Below are positions 38,010 through 49,581 of a stretch of 64,000 bases of DNA, one piece after another. The notes under the pieces are model-generated. The model made no database searches. It was not told the DNA's origin and saw only the letters and a list, made by a program, of their open reading frames with translations. The stretch covers positions 12,152,001 through 12,216,000 of the forward strand of contig JBHGNT010000003.1 in NCBI GenBank assembly GCA_043228905.1, read 5' to 3'. Position numbers and translations under genes: made by a program. This stretch comes from Azolla caroliniana. Lineage: Eukaryota; Plantae; Polypodiophyta. The first letter of the stretch is position 1; each line of letters begins with the position of its first letter.

Positions 38010-38590
38010 ATGAGTATTCAAACGTGTTTGTGAAAAGGACAGGTGCATGGGCAAGCCCGAATCAACCCCTAGTCACAACGTGAACGAATGCACGTGAGGA
38101 AGGCTTACACACGGACACACAAGGCAAAGGCTTACTTACACACACGAGAGACAAAGTTTCAAATGCCTTTGTGAAAAGAGAGATGCATGGGCAAGCCCGA
38201 ACGCTCCCTTTTTTACAAGACACACGAACACACAAGTAAGGTTTACACACGGGAGATACAATTTTGAACGCCTTTGTGAAAGGAGAGGTGCATGGCCAAG
38301 CCCGAACGCTCCCTTGCCACAAGTCGCTCGAACATACAAGCAAGATTTACACTAACACGCAAGACACGAAAGTTTGAATGCCTTTGTGAAAGGAGAGCTG
38401 CATGGACAAGCCGGAAACGCTCCCTTGTCACAAGACACACAAACAGATAAGCACAAATGACGATAACATATAAGACACATAATTTTGAATGCCTTTGTGA
38501 AAGGAGAGGTGCATGGGCAAGCCTGAAACGCTCCCTTGTCACAAGACACACAAACAAATAAGAAAAAATGATGATAACATATAAGATACG
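38010..38590. repeat. Minisatellite, about 5 units of 110-140 bp
   Basis: Core TTTGAATGCCTTTGTGAAAGGAGAGGTGCATGGGCAAGCCCGAACGCTCCCTTGTCACAAGACAC recurs near 38017, 38157, 38263, 38373, 38484. Confidence 0.9.
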
Positions 38591-39489
38591 TAGGTGAAAC
38601 CAAACATTATTTTATTGCAATATAATAGATTCTTTTATAAATTAGGAATCAATTTTACAATGGGTTTGATATGAATATGAGAGATAATTTATAAAGGAAG
38701 GGGGAAGAGAGGTGGAGGAATGAAGAGAAACATCGGGACATTTGAAACAGGTAATATGTCACATTTTGAGAACTTTCCATCAAAAAATGACACAAATTAG
38801 GGTGATTCACAAAAAGGGGTGCTTCACGTAAAGGATTTTTAAAAAGGACCCAAAATATATTGATTTTTAGCATGTACGGAAATTTAGGCGTTCAAAAAAA
38901 TGCCTAAATAATGGACATAACTTACAAATGAATGTCCAAAATGACTAACACCAATATTTATAGAAATTCATGAATCCAAATCTTGATGTACAATACAATA
39001 TTTACAGTTAACATATCAGGACAATCATTTTTCAAGTTTATGCCATCATCTTCATATCCATTAGATAAACTAGTATGAGTTTATGCGGTCTCATCCTCAT
39101 CATCAATGGCAACTAATGCATTGTCTTCATCCAACTGCAATCCAACCTCATTGAGGCTATGAGTAATGCTTCTTGTTTGTCTTTGTGTTGTGTTTGAAGC
39201 CACATTTCAGATCCTCTTTTAGTATCTTCATTGTGGTCTGTCGTAGATAACTTGTTTTGGTCAAAGATAAGTCATACACTAGTATATAAACATTATCCAA
39301 TGTAAGAGTAGATGTGCTTGATGCATCTTTCTTCCTCACTTTTTGGTTATGATATTTAATTATGTACTTTCTATTTACGATATTTGATTATGTGAGAGAA
39401 GCTTTCTACCAAAATCATTAGAATCTAAAAAAATGTCGTAAAGATGTTTTTCGTTTTTCTTAGATTCTCATAGTAAGCCTTTGATGTCA

Positions 39490-41490
39490 TATAGCAATCC
39501 GATTCATTCCATCTAGATTTGATGTAGCATGTCGAATTTTACTCTATACATCTAGAATGGGATGTAGTGCATTAGATTCCTATTGTAAGTCTTGGAATTT
39601 GTTTAAAATTTTCCATTAAAAATTTTCAACTAACACATAATGCATTGCATCGAATTCTAGCTACATAGACTAAAATATGATACATTGAATGAATTTCTGA
39701 TAAATAAATAAATAAATAAATATTGGAAAGATAAATCATTTCTCGTAAATAAATAAATAAATAAATATTGGAAAGATAAATCATTTCTCGTAAATAAATA
39801 AATACAATTTTCTCATTTTTCTCGTAAATAAGTAAGTAAAAATTGGAAAAATAGATTTCAATGGAAATTTGGAAACACATAAGAAAAACTGGACCTTCAA
39901 TAGAAATCCGATGCAGTGCATCGGATTTCTGTTGAAAGTCCACTTTTTTCTATTTGTTACCATATTTTCATTTTTTTATTTTATTTTGTATTTTTTTTAA
40001 ATTTTTTGAATTTTTCCCATAAATAAATAAATAATAATTGAAAAAATGGCTTTCCAATGGAAATCCGATGCATTGCATCGGAATTCTGTTGAAAGTCCAC
40101 TTTTTGCTATTTGTTACCATATTTTCATATTATTTTTTAAAACATTTGTATTTTATTTTTTTTAAATTTTTTTCCCATAAATAAATAAATAATAACTGAA
40201 AAAATGTGTTTTCAATGGAAATCCGATGCACTGCATTGGATTTCTGTTGAAAGTCCACTTTTTCTTATGTGTTTCCAAATTTTCGTATTTTTAAAAAAAA
40301 AATTTGTATTTGTTTTGGATTTTTTGAATTTTTCCCATAAATAAATAAATAATATTTGAAAAAATGAGTTTTGAACGGAAATCCGATGCATTGCATCGGA
40401 TTTCTGTTGAAAGTCCACTTTTTCTTATGTGTTTCCAAATTTTCATATTTTTTGAAATTTGTTTTGATTTTTTTTATTTGTTTTTATTTTTCTCATAAAT
40501 AAATATATAGAAATTGAAAAACTGGATTTTCAATGGAAATCCGATGCACTGCATCGGATTTCGATTGAAAATCCACTTTTCCTTGTTTGTTTAAAAAGAA
40601 AATTTATTTTTTTCAATAAAAAAATGTTAACAATAAAAAAATTGCGATTTTTTCCATTTAAAATTATGTGTTTTCAAAGGGAATCCGATGCAGTGCACCA
40701 GATTTCCGTTGAAAATCCATTTTCTTAATTGCTATATATTTATTTATGATATCCGGTGAAAACACATCATTTTCAACAGGTTTTCAACGGAAATCCAATG
40801 TAGTGCAACGGATTTCCATTGAAATTCCATCATTTTGAAGGGGATTTTCAACGGAAATCCATTGCACTGCATCGGATTTCCGTTGAAAATGCAATATTTT
40901 TCTTTTGTTTTTTCATTTATCATTTATTTTTAACTGAAACTCGACTCAATGGTTCAGATTTTCGTTGAAAATGCAATATATTTTTATTATCTCATTGTTT
41001 TATGGAAAAACTAAAAGAAATTTGGATTTTTAATTGAAATACGATGTACTACATTAGATTTCAGTTGGAAATCCACTTTTTTAATATAATTTTATTTATT
41101 TTTCGAGAAAATTAAAAACAATTGAAAAGAAAAAGGATTGCTAGCTAAAATCTGATGCAATGCACCGATGTCTAGCTGTATAGACTACAATTTGAAGCAA
41201 TGCATTAGATTTCAGTTAAAATGCCATTTATTATTATTTTATATGGAAATAAATAAATAAATAACATTGAAAAAAGATAAAAGATAAATAGATGTTCGAC
41301 TTTAATCCAACGCATTGCATTAGATTCTAGCTATATAGACTAAAATATAATGTAGTGCATAGTATTTTAGCTGAAAATCCCATTTTTATTTTTTTATGGA
41401 ATTTTTTTTAAAAATTACAAAATAAAAAAACTTTGGATTTTCAACTAAAATCTAGTGCACCGCATTGGATTCTAATTGAAAATCCAAGTT
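39490..41490. repeat. AT-rich array of ~50-bp imperfect palindromes
   Basis: TTTCAAYGGAAATCCGATGCA-N-TGCATCGGATTTCYGTTGAAA; best copies centred at 39916, 40073, 40231, 40391, 40549, 40693, 40803, 40867; degenerate copies on both sides. Confidence 0.92.
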
Positions 41491-44400
41491 TTGTTATTTT
41501 TTCAAATGTTATTGTTTCAAAATTTCAATGGGTTTTTGATTTGTTTTCCGACACAGGTATATAATATAAAACTTACATCAATTTAGATTAACGCTATAGT
41601 TTATTCTTCAGTTTGATGTTACTTGTGCAATTTCATTCTATTGTCATGTACTACTAAAACATGTGCCTTAAAGATGATCAGGAACTCTGTTGCATTAGAG
41701 AAGGACCTTGAGCAAGTTAATTTCATCAAAATGAGGATCCAAGGTATTTGGGGTTGTCCTGATCAAGACCAAGAAGTTGGGGCAAAGCATATCAATGAAA
41801 CTTAGATGTTCCAAATGACTTTTAGAGAACCTATGGAGCCTATAGATGAAGACGCAGGGCACCTTGTTGAATTAGAAGACGTTTCAAAGTCTGAACATAC
41901 TAACGATTCAACTTAGCGTACTAACGAAGCCAATGAGGACAATCCTAATGAAAGAGCTAATCCTGAGGAGTCGGCTTTACTAGACTTATTATTCGATTGA
42001 ATGGAATGTCTTATTGTAAATTTTGAACAATATGAATTGTTAAATTTTGACGTAGTATATAAGTTGAGCTTACTTATAATTTTCATGTAACAATCATTGA
42101 ACTTACAGATTAAGTATACTTGTATGTGTACATGTTGTCTAAACTCTCCTTTATCATTTGGGGTATATTGGAGATAAATTTATACTCTATCATTTACTCG
42201 TATGTTTGGAATGTTATTGTAGACTAGTTTATTTATACATTGACAGTGTCATGTATCACGTGTCAATAGAAATTTTCTCTTGACATAGTAGTATCTCTTA
42301 ATTGCAAAGTTCACGATTTGCTTTAAGATATATTATATATAAATATACACACATAATTAGAAGAAGTCACTTATTCAATGGGGTATGCTTTTTAGAATAT
42401 GCACAAGGACTCGTCTTACTATTATACTTGCATTGACAAATACACCCCTGTCTAAGATTTGGACAAAAACATGGTAGATACAATATACGTCGGATGACTT
42501 TGTTGACGTGATATTAGTTAGTTCTATATTTAGCTATGTTTTCATAAACCACATACGCATGTGTCAAGCCTTTTTGAAATTCTGCTTAAGTAAGACATTT
42601 TCTAACATCTCACTAAGATATGAAAAAGAGAATGCGACATATTACCTGTTTCAAATGACCCGGTGTTGAGAGTGGAATATAGAAGAAGGTGATTCTTTGT
42701 TGATGATGCCTCTCGATGTTGTTGATCCTTCTTCTTTTGCCTTCCAATTGAGTATCTGAGCTAAACCGCGTTCCTTCTCCCTCCCCCCCTTCTTCACTAG
42801 AATAGGCTCTTATTTATAAGTTTAGGATTGCTTGCCTTTTCCCCCTAAAAACAAGCTTGTCTATATGAGTCGACTTTTCTTTTCCTCACTATTTCTGATT
42901 TCTAGCCCCAAATTTCACATGCCCCAAAAAGCTCATAATTTCCTCACGATTTCTATTTTCTGTTTTCTTTGGGCTAGCTTTCTTATGCATCTTTTCATTT
43001 CTAATTTGGACATCTGACGAGGAAATTATGAGCCTTTTTCTCTATTGTGCTCCTCATATCCACGCGTGCTTCTTGTTTTTTTCCTTCTCCCCATCTTTTT
43101 CTCTACTCTACCTTTGAAAACAGCTTCCAACTTAATATTCATCATTATTTATAGTGAGGTTCAATCCTTTGACCTTTTATTTATAAAGAATTATATTTGG
43201 CAAATGAAATAGTATTTTTGCTACCAATAAAGTTGACTTCACAATACTAGTTTATTTGAACTACTATTTTACTTCTTTTCGAGAGTGGTTTCACACTATG
43301 TGTTAGAAACATCACAACATGCACCCCCACCAAACCTGCACATCCTCCGGTATGTTCCAATGATTGTTACCTGCTATTGCTTATTCTTTTTAAACCTCGA
43401 AGTCTAGAGGTTTGATTTCAGGATTTGTGGTCTCTCTTCTCTTAAAGATCTTGATTTTCTTCCCTGCAATCGACAAAGCAAGTTGAGTTCCATCTAACTC
43501 CGCTAGAAAATAGGTTGCATTATTTTCAATTTCCTTAACCACGTATGGGCCAAACCATCGTTTCATGAACTTTCGAGTAGTGTTATGCTGATTATCAAGA
43601 CTGTTATCATAGACAAGTACCCAATCTCCTTCAATTTTTCTTAGACGAAGACAATGCTTTTTATCAAAATTTTCCCGGTTCCTCAATCAAGCCTCACGTA
43701 ACCATTCTATTGCTAACCCGACATCTTTGGGTCTCCGTTCTAATTGTTGGATCCATGTAGCTAGCAAGTCTTCTCGACTCATCTCCTCTTGCCATGGCAA
43801 AGACGTCCATGAGGTAACACTTTGCTCGATAGGCATTATTGGTTTTTGCTCTAATATGTGCTCGGCCGGCATATATCCTGTAGTCGTGCTATGTGTAGTT
43901 CTATCGGCCCACAATGCATATGGTAATAATCATGGCTAGTTCCCCATCACAAGCCTTTGCGAGGGCTTTTACAATCAGGCTATGTCCCCGCTCCACCTTC
44001 CCATTTGCCTCCAGGTTGTATGCCATGGTAAGTGATAATTTGATGCCTATCCTTGAGAAAAAATCTTTAGCTTTATTTGCATCTAATTCTCCGGCTACTA
44101 TTTTGCCAACACATCCGTATCGACAAATAACATCTTCAAGGAGAAACTTGCAAACCACCAACCACCAAAGGTGTTTTATTCCTTAGTGCCCGACCTTCTA
44201 CTTGGTTGGTGAGATCCTCTCTTGCAAGCACGAGGTATCTCATTTGCCACAATCCCATTGGCATAACCACTATGTCTACCAACCACTTATAGTGCATTGA
44301 TATTGGATATGTTGGATGAAGTTCATCCCTATGTTGAACATTCGAGTATAATTGGCATTGCGCACATGTTTTAACATAGCTTGCTACATCTTTGTAAACA

Positions 44401-45002
44401 CCCGGCCACCAATACTTCTCCTTGAGCTTTGCAAAAGGTGCCCATATACCTCGACGACCTGCCCACACACTATCATGAAATTCAGCAATTAGTGTTTATT
44501 GATCTTGTTTCTTGCACACCATTCGACGTGGAGTTCCATTCTTCCTCTTTGGAAACTTCCATAGATGTCCTTCTTTGAGGAAGAACTTGTAGGCCTTCTT
44601 AATTCAGTAGAAGTCTTTCTTTGACCATGATTCATCCTTTGTAAGAGAGCTTAAGTACTTGCCAATTTAGATGAGTTCACCCTCATAATCTTCTACTTTA
44701 AACACCGCTAGCACCCGAGCACAAGAAATTGTAATTTACGAAGTTTAGGCCAACATCCTCTTCATCGGAGCGCGGATCTTCTTCACCCTCGTACCTTGCC
44801 CTTCACAACATATTGCTCACCACATTATACTTCCCAGTTATATGTCAAATCGTGGGGTTGAGCGACTTGATATTGTCAAGAATAGTACTAAACAGAGAGA
44901 GAATTAGTACTAGAGAAGGGAAGTACTATTAGTACTAAGAGGACGGGACTGCGTAAGACTCCCGAGAGAGGAAGAGAGAAGAGGAGAGAGAGAGATAGTG
45001 AG

Positions 45003-45039
<37 letters not shown>

Positions 45040-45256
45040 GATAACAGATTATATATTAGAAGAAGAGTAAGTACAAAAGGGCTATGAGGCTAAAGACTGG
45101 CTTTGAACCAAATTGGTTCAACATAATGCCTAGTACCCTCTTTTATAGTGTTCTGAAGAGTAATCCTGAAGCTTCTAGAATGTTCTAGAGAAATCTGGAA
45201 TATACATTAATTTCCTATAATAAAGTGTAAATGAAAATAATATCCTACGTATTACA

Positions 45257-45327
45257 ATAGATGATATAATGGTCAAGGGCTTGACCCATATAACCTAAGG
45301 TCATGGGTTCGAGTCTTGCCATATCAT
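45257..45327 (+). promoter_or_regulatory. tRNA-like Pol III A/B-box module in the LTR of I (second copy about 53995-54065)
   Basis: TGATATAATGG ... AAGGTCATGGGTTCGAGTC, with tRNA-like spacing. Confidence 0.55.
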
Positions 45328-46829
45328 GACACTATCTCCCCTTTAAAACAACGAGTGGCACGAGTCGTTTTGGATGGAGGACCCGGTTTGTGTGGATATT
45401 GACAATGGAATTCTTGAAGAAGCGCACGAGCATTGGTCACATTCTCGATCGGTTCCCAAGTACGTTCACTGGGACTATAGCCTAGCCAATCGACTAGATA
45501 GTAGAGCTTGTTGCGAACAATCTTGGAATCAAGGATGGCGGCAACCTCGTACTTTGGTCCATCTTCAAGCTCGATCGGGGGTGGAGGTTGTATAATACAT
45601 CCTGGGATGGTGCTCTCGTGATAGGGTTTGAGGAGAGAACTATGAAACACCGGATGTATCCGAAGTTGAGGAGGTAGATCGAGACGAAAAGAGACATCAT
45701 TAATCTTTCTGATAATACGAAAAGGACCTAATCGCTGATAATCCAACTTCTCACATGGGCGAGTATTCTTGATGTGTCGTCGTAGCAGCCACACCCGATC
45801 TCCAATGTTAAAACTAGATGGAAGTCAATGACGATCCGCGTAGTCCTTGTGCATTTGTTGAGCTTGTTGGAGATGAGTAGATAAATCCGCTTGTATCTTG
45901 CGTAACTGCTCCAAACGATCCTCCGCGCAAGGATTTGTGGACACCTCTGGGGTTTCAAGTACACTCCATTGAGGGTGACATCCCGTATAAGCAAAAAATG
46001 GCGTAACTTTAGTCGATGCGTGGATAGAGTTATTATAGGCAAATTCGGCGAAGTGGAGAATATCTGCCCAGTTATCCTGATGATAGCTGAGAAAGCACCA
46101 CAGATACTGCTCCAGCGTTTGATTTGTTCGTTCGTCTTGGCCATCAGTTTGGGGGTGGTAGCCGGAGGAGAGGTTACAAGTGTGACCTTGAGCATTTTAA
46201 AAAGGTGCTTCCAGAATTTTGACACGAACTCGGGTCCACGATCGCTGACGATACTATCGGGAAGTTCATGATGCCGACATACTTCACACATGACAATTTT
46301 GGCGGTGTCTTGACTGGAGATTTCCTTAGTACATGGCAAGAAATGAGCCATCTTCGTATATCGATCTACCACTGTTAGAATCGCATTGAACCCCTTAGAG
46401 ACTGGAAGATCTGTGATGAAGTCTAGAGCAATGGATTGCCACGACTTGCTTGGAATTGGTAATGGTTCTAATAAACCATATGGATGATGCCTTGGCATTT
46501 TCGCTCTGCAACATGTATCACAAGTCCGAACAAAATCTTCGACAAATTGTCGCATACGGGGCCACCAGAATGATCGTTGTACTAAATCTAATGTTTTAGT
46601 ACTACCAAAATGCCCAGCTGTATATGTGTCATGACAGTTTTGTACTACTCGAAGGCGGCAAGAACCATTAGGAACATACAAAAGTTCTTTAAAGAAGAGT
46701 AATCCATCATGGTATTTGAATTTTCGATAGTCCGTACCTGGTGGTTGCGACTGTGAACACGACGCTCGAGAGGGATCAATTTGTGCTAGTATAGCTTGGG
46801 CGAAAGCATCTGTCTTCAGGTCCGCACGT
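45324..46829 (-). pseudogene. Element I integrase plus chromodomain (frameshifted)
   Basis: IALDFITDLP, IVSDRGPEF, GPF motif, YEVAAILDSKIVRNKLYYLVDWLGYSPSERTWEP. Confidence 0.9.
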
Positions 46830-47392
46830 TGTCGTGCCTTTCGGCTCCGGATCGTTTGCGTGAGTCGGGTGGGAACCACCGGGGTTTTGGACTAGGAAGA
46901 GGAGAGTTTTAAGGCTAATAAGAATATAAATATGTTGTAAGAAAGAGTTATAGCAAACTCGTGAATCCCACGAGTGTATTGTATTTGATTAATCAATATG
47001 AATATAAGAATATAAATTTGGGTTGAAAGAGAATGATATAGAATCCTCGTGAATCCCACGAGTATAGTTTATTAATTGGTGTTTTTTAGAAACATATCCA
47101 GTTTCCAAATATTTTTCACACACAATTACATTGTGCTCCCCATCCTTATGTAGTGATGAGGAAGTCTTAGTAATCCATGCTTTTTCTCTAACTATAGACC
47201 CCATGCTTTTCCTATAGATAGACTATATGCTTTATCTAAAGTGATCATGCTTTTTTCTAACTTGTGCGTTTTTTATCATGCACGCTAGATGTGTATGTGT
47301 AGCTTTTTCTTTTGTTATGCGTTTTTCTAATGTTTATCCTAGCGTGAATTTACCTTTCTATGTGGGACATCTATGCTTTAACACTAATGAAA

Positions 47393-47460
47393 TGCTAGTG
47401 TAATGGTAAGACATTACATTATTAACATGGAGGTGCAAGGTTCGAATCTTGCCCTATGCA
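47393..47460 (+). promoter_or_regulatory. tRNA-like Pol III A/B-box module in the LTR of G (second copy 50183-50250)
   Basis: TAGTGTAATGG ... GGAGGTGCAAGGTTCGAATCTTGC, followed by T-rich runs. Confidence 0.6.
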
Positions 47461-47550
47461 TGTTCCATTTATTTTGCTATTTTCTTCTATTTCTTCATTT
47501 TTTATTGAATCTAATACTATATACGTTTTTCACGTAGTGTACAAAATACA

Positions 47551-49581
47551 CTACGACACTCGCCCCCTCCAAACCCGCACATCCTCCGGTATGTGCCGAA
47601 GTTGTTGGTGTTTGTTAGTCTCCTCCGTCCGGTCTCTACCCGATTGGTTTCGTTGCCGGCTCGTAGTACCCTCGACTTCTCTTGTTATGTTGACTTTGTC
47701 TCTCCATTTGGAGCACATCCATTCTTTCCACCCGAACCATTGTCGACATCCGATCCACCATAGTCTTCGTTCGCTTTTTGCATGGCCCGCTTGGTCCTTG
47801 TCATCCGCGGTAGTATCTTTTCTTGCCCTCTTTCTTTTCTTCATCAATCTCGACTTCTTTTCGGATTTTCGGTTTAGTCGGATTAGCTTACTTCCGATTC
47901 GGTCTCGTCGGATCGTCTTTCGTTTAGTTCGGCTTCCTTTCCGATTTGTATTCGGTCGATCCGGACTCGGTTGATCGGTTTTTACCGATTCAGTGCTCTT
48001 TCGGGTCGGTTTCTTTTCTTTTCTTTTCGTCCGAATTTGCTTTCTTTTCTTCGTTTTCACCTGCCTTGTCCGGTTCGACTTTCGGCACTTCTTTCCGTTG
48101 TTCGCTACGTAGGTCCTCCGATATGTGCTCGTTGTTCGGTCCTCATGTGGTTGTAATGCATGCTTCTTTTCTCGCCGTAGCGCGTGCTTCTTTATTCGCC
48201 ATAACACGCGTTTCTTTATTCTCCGTAGAGCGTGCTCTGTATTACGCGCTTCTCCCGTCGTAGTCCCGACCTCCGCATTGTCGCACTTTCTTTTAGATTG
48301 GAATTTCGGATGGATCATTTTCCATCCGAACCGACTTCCGACTTTACCTTCCTCGCCGCCATCTCCCGTCTCTCCGGTCTCACGTTGGTTCTCGGACACA
48401 ACCGCCGAAGTCTCTAGATATTGTTGGCATGAATCCTCGGTATTACCTTCTTTCGTAGTTTCACCCTTAGCATTCTTCTCGGCTATCTCTTCATCGTATT
48501 CGTCAGCTTCGACATTCGTTTTCTCTCCGCCACCTTCCGTCTCTTCGGTCTCACGTTGCCTTTCGATCGCAACCGCCGGAGTCTCTGGAATCAGTGGTGG
48601 GGAAGTCTCGATATGGCAATCCGCCATTGATTCGTCCATAGCCACCTCCGATTCGATTTCGTCTTTTGTGGCTACCTCCTTAATCACATCCGCTTCACAC
48701 TCTTTATCTGCATCAATTATGCAAACATCTATTATGCTTACCCCTTTTTGACCCGATGTCTCGGGCACTTGTATCCCGAAATTTCCTTCTACACTTGAAT
48801 TATCGGCCTTATCCTTCGCCATCGTTCTTTCACAAGACGAGTGGGTGTCTTGTTCCACTCTTTCTCCCGTGGTACCATCATGTTGTATTTCGGCCTTCAT
48901 ATTGGCTTCATCGTTTTTCCTCAATCGACCATCCTTCATGGGCCATGTCGTTGTTGACGAGATTCTCAGCTTCCTTTCATCATGTCTTCGGCATACCCTT
49001 TCGACTTTAGCCCAATCCTCGGTAAGGCCGTTCGCACCGTCATCATCTTCGAGTTCGATCCCAATGTCCATCCTTTCTTTCCGATCGATCGATCTTACGA
49101 ACATTAAGACTTTATCTTCTCCCACCAATCTTCGTTCCCGCTCCGAGAGTCGAGCAAAACGATGCTCGAACTCTAGGAACGCTTGCGTTGCACTTCGGTG
49201 AGTCTTCTCCGACGCCACCCATTCGTCGAATTCTTGTCGATCTCGTCCCGTCCATCTCTCATAGTCATATGCCTCCCGTAAAGCTTCTTCAAAGGACTCC
49301 CATGTCGAGTTTTGTTGTTGTATCTTGTGGATTCTCTCTTGTAGTTCGTCTGAGGCCACCCGACTAAAGGATATCACTTGCAATCCTTCCGGTATCCGAT
49401 ATTGCATCATCTCCGCCTTATATTCACGTAGGTAGCGTGACACACCCTTACCGTTGAATTCCCCGTTTCGTCGCAGAAGCCGCTCTACTGCCGCCTTCAT
49501 CTCCGACATCGCACGTTGTTCTTGTTGCATCCGCTCAAACATTATCATCATCATGTTCATCGCCTCTTGTTGATTCTCCAT
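47551..49581 (-). CDS. Gag-derived protein (~676 aa): F-like gag N-terminus, acidic region, Lys/Arg-rich tail
   Basis: Intact ORF spanning PBS to 3' LTR; N-terminus MENQQEAMNMMM..FERM.QEQRAMSE..VERL..RNG.FNGK.VSRYLR.YKAEM aligns with F gag; no PR, RT or INT motifs. Confidence 0.85.
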   Translation of the reverse strand: MENQQEAMNMMMIMFERMQQEQRAMSEMKAAVERLLRRNGEFNGKGVSRYLREYKAEMMQYRIPEGLQVISFSRVASDELQERIHKIQQQNSTWESFEEALREAYDYERWTGRDRQEFDEWVASEKTHRSATQAFLEFEHRFARLSERERRLVGEDKVLMFVRSIDRKERMDIGIELEDDDGANGLTEDWAKVERVCRRHDERKLRISSTTTWPMKDGRLRKNDEANMKAEIQHDGTTGERVEQDTHSSCERTMAKDKADNSSVEGNFGIQVPETSGQKGVSIIDVCIIDADKECEADVIKEVATKDEIESEVAMDESMADCHIETSPPLIPETPAVAIERQRETEETEGGGEKTNVEADEYDEEIAEKNAKGETTKEGNTEDSCQQYLETSAVVSENQRETGETGDGGEEGKVGSRFGWKMIHPKFQSKRKCDNAEVGTTTGEARNTEHALRRIKKRVLWRIKKHALRREKKHALQPHEDRTTSTYRRTYVANNGKKCRKSNRTRQVKTKKRKQIRTKRKEKKPTRKSTESVKTDQPSPDRPNTNRKGSRTKRKTIRRDRIGSKLIRLNRKSEKKSRLMKKRKRARKDTTADDKDQAGHAKSERRLWWIGCRQWFGWKEWMCSKWRDKVNITREVEGTTSRQRNQSGRDRTEETNKHQQLRHIPEDVRVWRGRVS

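Noticed and set aside
39490-41490. CRISPR-like array (palindromic repeats with spacers)
   Set aside because: Spacers are related to each other, low-complexity and mostly about 100 bp; there are no cas genes and the context is eukaryotic.
41600-42000. hAT transposase C-terminal remnant as a feature
   Set aside because: Only a faint resemblance (VMYY*NMCLK plus acidic tail) and no TIR or TSD found; needs an HMM search.
43140-43175. tRNA-like module in the H LTR (GAGGTTCAATCC)
   Set aside because: Only a weak B-box-like match with no convincing A box.
45728-46879. 383-aa ORF as an intact integrase gene
   Set aside because: The N-terminus derives from the G LTR and the C-terminus is frameshifted; it is a fragment of the pol of I.
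47393-47460. Functional tRNA genes in the LTRs
   Set aside because: Acceptor and D stems do not pair fully and the anticodon arm is unclear; reported only as tRNA-like modules.
47456-49201. Plus-strand ORFs (172, 208, 118 aa) as antisense genes
   Set aside because: Shadow frames of the purine-rich G ORF with S/F/L bias and no motifs.
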